DNA from: the human T2T-CHM13v2.0 reference genome, Homo sapiens
Length of the DNA: 64,000 nucleotides
Strand: one strand, 5' to 3'
Assembly (NCBI RefSeq): GCF_009914755.1
Contig: NC_060930.1
Shown: positions 54,625-64,000 of the stretch, piece by piece
Layout: each line of letters begins with the position of its first letter
Position numbering within the stretch: the stretch's first letter is position 1
The notes under the pieces: generated by a model
What the model was told of the DNA's origin: nothing
What the model saw: the letters and a program-made list of their open reading frames with translations, nothing else
Databases searched by the model: none
Program-made: the position numbers and the translations under genes

Positions 54625-55533
54625 TTTTTTTATTTCAGTAGTTTTTTGGGTATAAGTGGTTTTTGGTTACATGGATAAGTTCTTTAGTAGTGATTTCTAA
54701 GATTTTAGTGCACCTGTCACCTGAGCAGCATACACTGTACTCAATATATAGTCTTTTATCCCTCACTCCCCTCTCAACCTACCCTCTGAGTCCCCAAAGT
54801 TCAAACATCACACTTATGTCTTTGTGTCCTCATAGCTTAGCTCGCACTTATAAGTGAGATTATATGATATTTGCTTTTCCATTCCTGAGCTACTTCACTT
54901 AGAATAGTGGCCTCCAGTTCCATCCAAGTTGCTGCAGAAGACATTATTTCATCCTTTATGGCCTAGTAGTATTCCATAGTGTATATATACTACATTTTCT
55001 TTATCCACTCATTGGTTGATGGGTACTTAGGTTGGTTCCATATGTTTGCAATTGCAAATTGTGCTGCTGTAAACATGCTCGTGCATGTGTCTTTTTTGTA
55101 TAATGACTTCTTTTCCTTTGGGTAGATACCCAGTAGTGGGATCGTTGGATTGAATGGTAGTTCTACTTTGAGTTCTTTAAGGATCCTCCCTATTGTTTTC
55201 CATAGTGGTTGTACTAATTTACATTCCCACCAGCAGTATAAAAGTGTTCCCTTTTCACCACATCACACCAACATCTGTTGTTTTTTGTCTTTTTAATAAT
55301 AGTCTTCTTGCAGGAGTAAGGTGGTATCTCATTGTGGTTTTCATTTGCATTTCCCTGATGATCAGTGATGATGAGCATTTTTTCATATGTTTGTTGGCTG
55401 TTCGTAAATCTGTTGAGAAATGCCTATTCATGTCCTTTGCCCACTTTTTGATGGGATTATTTGTTTTTCTTCTTGCTGATTTGTTTGAGTTCCTGTGGCT
55501 TCTGGATACTAGTCCTTTGTTGAATCCATAGTT
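54625..55533 (-). mobile_element. 5'-truncated L1PB-like element with 12-bp TSD AATATTTGCAAA
   Basis: ORF2 C-terminal remnant [15 protein letters not shown] on the minus strand; TSD copies at 54613-54624 and 55534-55545. Confidence 0.9.
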
Positions 55534-56319
55534 AATATTTGCAAAGATTTGCTGAGCATTTATACTGTGCAAGACCTTTTGTTAGAGGCTGGAGATATAA
55601 CAATGAGTCTTGCTTTCAGTACTTTATAATTGCTCTGCAGATTAACTGTACAGACTTAAAATAATTTTCCCTAACCTGTAACCCTACCAGAAAAATAATT
55701 AAGAGAATATGAAAGGATCTGCTTAAATCAGAAAAGTGAACGTATCAGTTAGACTAAGTAATGATGGTGAACCCAATATTGACAAAGATACTAAATATAC
55801 ACTTAAGTTTGATATTTATTTAAATGTTGTGTACTGTATTCTGCTTTCAAAATTATTAAGCAAAGATTTGTCCTTAGTAGTTACCCAGTATTTACAGAGA
55901 ATATATTAATTAGGGGCTTTATTTTATTGAAAAGGCTTAATTGGCTATGCAAATCTACACCCTCTCAATTATCTACATTTGGAGCAAGTTTACTTAGTTG
56001 GTCTAAATAAGCATAATTTGTGGCAGTTACCTTGGTGTTGTCAAATCTAAACCTTTAAACAAAAAATAAATCTCATGTGACCTTTTCTGAATGAATTCTC
56101 ATTGTTTCTAGCAGCCACCTCAATCTTTCAGCCCAATGTTTAGATTCCCCTGTAATCCAATCATGATTTACCTTTTGACAGTTTACTCCCTACTACTCCC
56201 CAATTCTTTGTTCTACTGCGCTTACTATTTCCCTGGACATATATTTGTGATTATTTACATCATCTTTCATCTTGCTATGTCATCTCTTAATTCTCTCCAA
56301 CTATAGTACTATTGGCATT

Positions 56320-56600
56320 TAACAAATTCTTACTACCTGTGAACTACTGCATTGAGTGCTTTTGCCTATATTATCCCACGTAATTGCTATGATACCTCTA
56401 TGACCTCAGTGAGTTTCGTTTTAAAGACTTTTATAAACTGAGGCTTACAGACACTGAGTAACCTCTTTACAAGAAGAGGACTACTTAGTAAAAAAGAGGA
56501 CTAAGTAACCTGCTCAAGGTCACACAATTAGTGTGACCTTCAGTTAGTTATTGAACCCAGATCTAACGGCAAATCTAGGTACCTAACCATTATGTTCTGC
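56320..56600 (-). mobile_element. MIR
   Basis: aaactgaggcttacaga...taagtaacctgctcaaggtcacacaattagt...ttgaacccagatct. Confidence 0.7.
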
Positions 56601-56802
56601 TGCTTCCAAGGACTTAGAGCTATGCTACTGGATAATTATCTTTGGGACCTCAGATAAAGTAACTGACATTTCTGAGCTCCAATAAAGCTGAAATACACAC
56701 GTGTGTGTGTGTGTGCATGTATAACACCTTAAATAGGTGTGCATGTATAACACCTTAGAATAGGTTCTTGTTATTTTATTTATACTTATTATAGGTATAA
56801 AA

Positions 56803-57029
56803 TATAGGTATAAAATAAACATCACTGTTCTGGACTATTTAGAAATATAGATCCAAGAAGAACAACTAATGTCGACAGTAGGTGTACTAGTTTAAAAAAT
56901 AAATATTATAAAAAATAAGTAGTATAAAAAATAAATATTATAGGTATAAAATAAACATCACTGTTCTGGACTATTTAGAAATATAGATCCAAGAAGAACA
57001 ACTAATGTCAACAGTAGGTGTAGTAGTTT
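56803..57029 (+). repeat. 91-bp direct duplication (56803-56893 / 56939-57029) with 45-bp A-rich filler
   Basis: Two mismatches; offset 136 bp. Confidence 0.93.
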
Positions 57030-57562
57030 TGGTTTTCTGTGTTTATAAATATTTTTTCTAATTATATAATTCTGGTGTCCAGAAGATAAATGTGATTAAT
57101 ATAATCTACCACAAGCACATGCCCTTAAGGAAAACAAGCAGAAATAAAACAATAAGAAATACTATAAATACATCTAAAGTTGTGTGATTTCTATAAGTTA
57201 CAAGTGAATTTTACTAAATATCTAGTCTAGATGATTTTCCCAGTGATTCATCCCTAACTTCAGTTTTGAGCAGAAATTCAGTTCTAAAGTTTGCCTAATA
57301 ATATAAATGGAATCTTTTACTCAGCAGGTTGATCTTCCAGGGGTCATGCCCAGTTAATAGATTCTTGAGGACATCTTTAAATTCTCTTAAATTCTAAAGG
57401 AATCCTGAGGTTTGAATACAATGACCCACCAACAGATACCCCAGGCCTATGTTAGAGTATAGGTCTAATGTGACTCAGGCTCTCACTGAACCACCTTCAA
57501 CCTGACCTGGGAAGACCCTGGCTCTCTAGATCCACCATGTCCAGCTGTCTCCAGCTGAACAA

Positions 57563-58309
<747 letters not shown>

Positions 58310-59817
58310 TTTTTATATCAGTCTCAGTGTGTGAATTGGGCAGGGACATGAGTGTACCAATTGTTTGATGTATATAATTATTTTCTACTTCGTATGATAC
58401 ATGATTCACAATAATTTACAAACTGATAAAACAATAACATTTTAAAAAATGAATTTCCATTATTAGAGATTTCTGAAGAAACATAATGTTGGGATATGGT
58501 GGACAAGCGAAGAATTTCCTTACAAAATTATTCTTTACTCTCTGATTGTTTTAACACCGTAAGTTTATCAGACAGGTTCTAGATATTTCCTATGGTACTT
58601 AGAGCCACATGCAGATTGTTTGTGCGTTCAAACTGGTCAAAGTTGCGGACCAGAGTGCTGCTATTGATTTGTTTCACTCCGGTGAATGTAAATCATTCAT
58701 GTTTGGCAGCATTTGTCCTACTGGAGATAAAACATAAGGAATATGTGCACAGCTTCAAAGGTGCAGCTTGACTGTGATGGTAACCCAGCACGCAGTGGGT
58801 ATGACTGGCATTTTTGAGAATACATCATAAACTCTCCAAGGAGTCTGCACCATCTTCCCTGAGATCATTATATATCCACCAAAATGAGGAGAAGGAGAAG
58901 AATGTGGCAAGAGATCAAAAGAGGCAGTCACTATAAACTCACCTATTTTGTTGATGCAAGGCAAGTTGCACTAAGTTTAGGAAAGCAAAAAGATACTCTT
59001 CGAGGTCCGGGGAGGAAATGCAGAAACTGCTAATGGGAAAACGAGCATGGTCCATATAGGACTCTGATATTAGAGTTGTTTTTTTTCTACCGAGGCTGCT
59101 CTACCCATGAGTATCCCCATCTTCAAGAAACTACTAAAAGTTGAAGTGTTTATTCACGTGTTATTTTCGAACAGTTAACTGTATAAAAGAAAGGCATATT
59201 TTCTTTTCCTGCATCCATAAGCCATGTGCCAAAAAAGCTCTTGTTTAACATGCTTCTTAGGATTAAAAGGGTTTCTGCTGCAAACAGGTCTGAATTACAT
59301 ACGCATCTTAAACATGCCTCAGCTTTAAAGGGACACATTCTTCAAGTGAGGCTGCATTTACAGGCGCAATAGATTTTTCCCTCGGCATAAGCCAAAGAGC
59401 AGAGACATACTTTAATATTTCTGACAAGATCTGAACTATAATATTGTTCTGTTTGGAAAATTAGGCTTCAAAGCAGAAGCCATACATTTATTTTCAAGAT
59501 GAGAACCCAAAGAGTAACAAAAATGATTAGAAAAAGAATCTGAAAGAGTGAGACTCATTAAAATGAAAATCTTTGTGTTGATGACTGCATATAAAATCAT
59601 AGATCATTAGGGCTAAAGGAAGAATGTATTTGCCAGATGTTGAAATGGCAAGATAGTTTCATCTCTCCCTACCATCTGTTAAGAATTCCATCCACAGGTC
59701 TCATTAATAATCCTTGGGAAAACAAGGCAACCTTCAGGAGCATTGGGAAAATTATGGATGCATTATAATGAAGTCAGAGCAAAACTGAGGTGAGAAATTC
59801 AAACACCTTCTAAACGC

Positions 59818-59990
59818 GGAGCTCCTAACCAGTGGTCCACGCCAGAATCATCTGAACACAGTGTTTCAAAATGTGCATTCTCAGGCTCCACTGCCAGCCA
59901 TTTTCATTCATTTGGGTGTGGAATGAAACCTAGGCATATGAATTTTGAAAAAGCCTTCCAAGTGATTTTGATGATAATTCTGGTTAAGAA
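59818..59990. mobile_element. MER5-like hAT DNA transposon remnant
   Basis: cagaatcatctg...tgcattctcaggctccac...aagccttccaagtgattttgatg. Confidence 0.55.
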
Positions 59991-61319
59991 GAGAAAGCAT
60001 GTTCTACCTTGTCATTATGTATCTACTACCTTTCCAGTAGATTGCAAACTCTTTTGAAAGGATTCTGTCATATTTACCTTGTGTCCTCTGCTGTCTGTAG
60101 CATAGCTGGACTGTAAGCTTGAGGAAGGAAGAGAGCATGCTAGTTTTGTTTATTATCATAATTACTCCTGCCCACCCCTCCCACTCCAGTCCACAGCTAG
60201 AAGAGCACATGGTCTATAGTTGGTACCCAAGAAATTGAATTAAAAAAATGAATACTAGGAATTTAATTATATCCATATGGATTTGAATTGATTTTCCTCT
60301 TTTCTGATATTATTGTTTACTATGTACCCAGTGAGTTCTCAAATGCTTATTGAGTGAACACACTGAATTTTGGAAGTTAAATATGAGTCACTTTCAGGGG
60401 CTTTTGAGTGGTATTTGTAGAAATAAGTCTCATGACTTTATATTCCTGCCCTCTTTCTTTGGGCTTCTATGAAATATATCTTTGGCTTATCCTAGACTTG
60501 CTGAGAGCAGCTTAATTATATCGGCTTTCAGAAACGTGAGAATCAACTAATCCAGACTAACAAAACAAGCAGATACAGTTGATCCTGTGACTTCAAGTAC
60601 CTTCCCAAGTGGCATTGTTAATAAATCTTGACTCACAGTACTAGCATAATGCATTATTTTTATAGCTAATGCATCAAAAAGTTATTTGATCCATATGACC
60701 ATATGATTTCTAAGGTCCTATAATCTGAGTTCTATTCTGAGGAGATATTTCCTATACTTTCTAGTGAAGCATATGAAAGGAAATGAAGCAGTTCTAGTCA
60801 TTAAATAATTACTTCCATCAGTACATACATAGTATCGGGTAATAGGAATATATTATAATAGCTCACCTCTTCTATATTATTCAAATACCATTTGCTGATA
60901 ACTGGAAATAAGAAAGAATGCTAAAATTGATTGACATCTAACATGAGTTGTTACTTATTATGGGTCAGCATCGAAGCTCATATATAGAAGAGACGATTTG
61001 AAATGTTCAGCTAGCCATCTTCATAGGAATTACAATAAGTTGAATATTTCTCAGTATCTTTAGTAAAGATGCCTATGCCTTATTTACAGTGTATTTGCAA
61101 TGGACCAAGCTGAAGCTGTATAAATGAGACATATGCTTTGTTTCCATGTTCACTGTTGAACTTATGCTCCAGAAAGTCTTCCTTATTCTCTTCTACCCAT
61201 AATCTTGCCTCTTTTTGAATCCACATGGCATTGATTTTAGAGCTCATTTGTGCACTTTTCTTGTTGTGTCTTCTTTTAGATTTCTACCAAATTGTAAATA
61301 CCTATAGGGATAGGAGCCT

Positions 61320-61950
61320 CTTTTTTTTAATTATACTTTAAGTTCTAGGGTACATGTGCACAACGTGCAGGTTTGTTACATATGTATACATGTGCCATGT
61401 TGGTGTGCTGCACCCATTAACTCGTCATTTAACATTAGGTATATTTCCTAATGCTGTCCCTCCCCCCTCCCCCCACCCCACAACAGGCCCCAGTGTGTGA
61501 TGTTCCCCTTCCTGTGTCCATGTGTTCTCATTGTTCGATTCCCACCTATGAATGAGAACATGCGGTGTTTGTTTTTTGTTCCTTGAGATAGTTTGCTGAG
61601 AATGATGGTTTCCAGCTTCATCCATGTCCCTACAAAGGACATGAACTCATCATTTTTTATGGCTGCATAGTATTCCATGGTGTATATGTGCCACATTTTC
61701 TTAATCCAGTCTATCATTGTTGGACACTTGGGTTGGTTCCAAGTCTTTGCTATTGTGAATAGCAGGTGCTGGAGAGGATGTGGAGAAATAGGAACACTTT
61801 TACACTGTTGGTGGGACTGTAAACTAGTTCAACCATTGTGGAAGTCAGTGTGGTGATTCCTCAGGGATCTAGAACTAGAAATACCATTTGACCCAGCCAT
61901 CCCATTACTGGGTATATACCCAAAGGACTATAAATCATGCTGCTATAAAG
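61320..61950 (-). mobile_element. Short L1PA insertion with 5' inversion (twin priming), TSD AGGAGCCT
   Basis: Antisense L1 3' end 61320-61762, sense ORF2 segment 61763-61950; TSD copies at 61312-61319 and 61949-61956. Confidence 0.92.
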
Positions 61951-64000
61951 GAGCCTTTCTTAATCATCCTGTGTCTCCTGCTATGATAAGCACATAGCAG
62001 GTATCTAATTGTAGACTCTCTGAATTGATAATCACTTATATAGAAATTAATAATGACAATATCTTCTTAATCCCAAGAATAATTACACCATCGTCATTGA
62101 AGTGAAAAGAGAACATTTAATTTCAAGTTTTGAAGTCTTTTAAAAATAGATATTATAAGCTGATTTAAAGTAGATCTTTTAACCTGTCACCAAAAGCATT
62201 TATTCCAGTTAAAAACTTGATCCGTTTATATATTCATGCATAATTTATATTCCACCCACTTCCAAAAATTAATTGAATAGGCCACTAAGGTGATAGGTGA
62301 TGCCAGTTAAGGAAATTACTAAAATATCAGTAACAAAACCTACCATAAAAGTTTTATTCCCAAAATCATCTTGGTATTTTTAAATGTTTCTAGGTTAAAA
62401 TGTTAACCACATCTATATGCTTTATTTCTGTACCAAATAGAGTTTGGGAAGGCTTATTTATTAGACGTTTTAAACTAGTTCCTAGTTTATTATGTGATTC
62501 TATCTCAAACATAGCATTTTATATTATTTTTCTTTTAATTGACACTGTTTTGTAAATGTTAAGAACTATAGAGTGAATTTAAATATATATTTAAAAACCT
62601 ACGTGAAAGATACTTTAACTCCCGCCTTCAAGTGAATTCAAATAAGGAGAATTCCAAGGAGTGGGGAAATTAGCCAAACACTTTTCCGTCTCAGGAAAGC
62701 CATAATAACAAGAATTATAACCTGTTCCTATTTTTCTTAATAGGTGATTTGGGGTAAGGACTCCAAGGAAACAAGAGCGTTCTGTTCTAAGAGAGAAACA
62801 TGAGGCAAATGGAGACAAAAGGAGAGAGGAGACCCCAAGGACAATAGCCTCCCACATTCTCTCCATCCAAGGCACACATGCCAAATTGCATTATTCCAAT
62901 GAGCTCTGCACAATTAACCTGTCCAAAGGGGTTGTGTGGCTGATGTTTAACTTTCCACCCAGCTACGTTGAAATGTACAGTACATCTTGAACATGTTATT
63001 TAAATTGAAAATGAAACATCTGGACACATCAGTACGAGACGGGTCCCACTAAATATGGGAACATGTTTACCCAGGTGGGTTCAATCATAATTTCTACTCC
63101 GTGAAATAAAATTTCAATCTCGCCTGCAAAAACTAAAAATTAATTTTAGAGTTTTCTTTAAGGAAATTTTTCTCACAGAAAGAATCATATTTCAATTTTA
63201 AATATTGGATAATTTGATCAAATGCCTTTATATTAAATGTGCTAAAAAGGGTTTAAGATAGGATTACAATTAGAATTTATTAATAATAAATTTCTATAAA
63301 TAGAGTTATATATAAGCAGTCAAATCAGAGAAGGCAGGCAAATCCTGTTTGTCCAATAAAGATAATCATGTGATGAAATAAAAAAAAAAGGAGTTAGATA
63401 CAACTTTTTTGAGATGTACATTGCCCATTGGCTTTTAGAAGGCACATGTAACAAAAGAACTTTGTCATTCATAAAGAAATCCATAAGTAATTGGGCATCC
63501 ACGAATAATGATAGTGAGCGGCAAAAGTTAAGGACTTCATTTTCAAAGTCAATGTTGTTTATCAAGGCCTGGAAAATAAACCCCTGTTTATTTCTAACAC
63601 GCCAAATGAAATCACTGCCAAGTGTGAGATACTGTGATAACCTGGAACGGGGAGAGAAAGATCTGCTTGTAGACTGGAAAGAGACCTGGTGCCCTGACCT
63701 CTCTCTGATAGCTGCCAACATTGCCGGGTCTACGAGTAATTCAGTAAACTAGTACGCTCCTTCTCAACATCCCCACCAAAAAAGTCCTTTTTCCAATGTA
63801 AGTTCAGTGCTGGTCGGCCTGTAGGAGTTTCAGCAAAGATGAGAATTAAATGTGCTTGCAGGCAAAAACATTTCAGAAATATTGGCTAAAAAGTAGACTC
63901 ATTGCAACCTGGGAATAGAAATAAGGTCTCATGAAAACACTTAAAAGGACCAAGCAGAGCTTTCTACTTGTAAATAAAGGCTTCTGTTGTGTAGTACAGA

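Noticed and set aside
55255-55572. Protein-like [18 protein letters not shown]
   Set aside because: Remnant of L1 ORF2 C-terminus in a truncated element. The same applies to the MIDWIKKMWHIYTMEYY ORFs at 33178 and 61448.

Overview
Primate (almost certainly human) genomic DNA. The window holds about 20 kb of repeat-rich upstream sequence, then the promoter and exon 1 of PDE7B (cAMP-specific phosphodiesterase 7B, + strand). Exon 1 encodes MSCLMVE (20264-20284) and is followed by a GT donor; the remaining ~44 kb is intron 1, and exon 2 is not in the window. The rest is Alu, L1, L2, MIR and MaLR LTR debris and simple repeats. ORF-track entries are repeat-derived or chance. Subfamily names and old-repeat boundaries were judged by eye. 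The most unusual features are: (1) a 17-bp-repeat-flanked chimeric insertion joining the 5' half of tRNA-Ile(UAU) to an inverted 103-bp copy of sequence ~1.25 kb downstream; (2) a spacer-less perfect 62-bp palindrome; (3) overlapping uORFs in both alternative frames over the PDE7B start codon, one with near-perfect Kozak context and a TAATG stop-start overlap onto Met5; (4) two twin-primed (5'-inverted) short L1PA insertions; (5) a tandemly duplicated Alu array and a cluster of local duplications.
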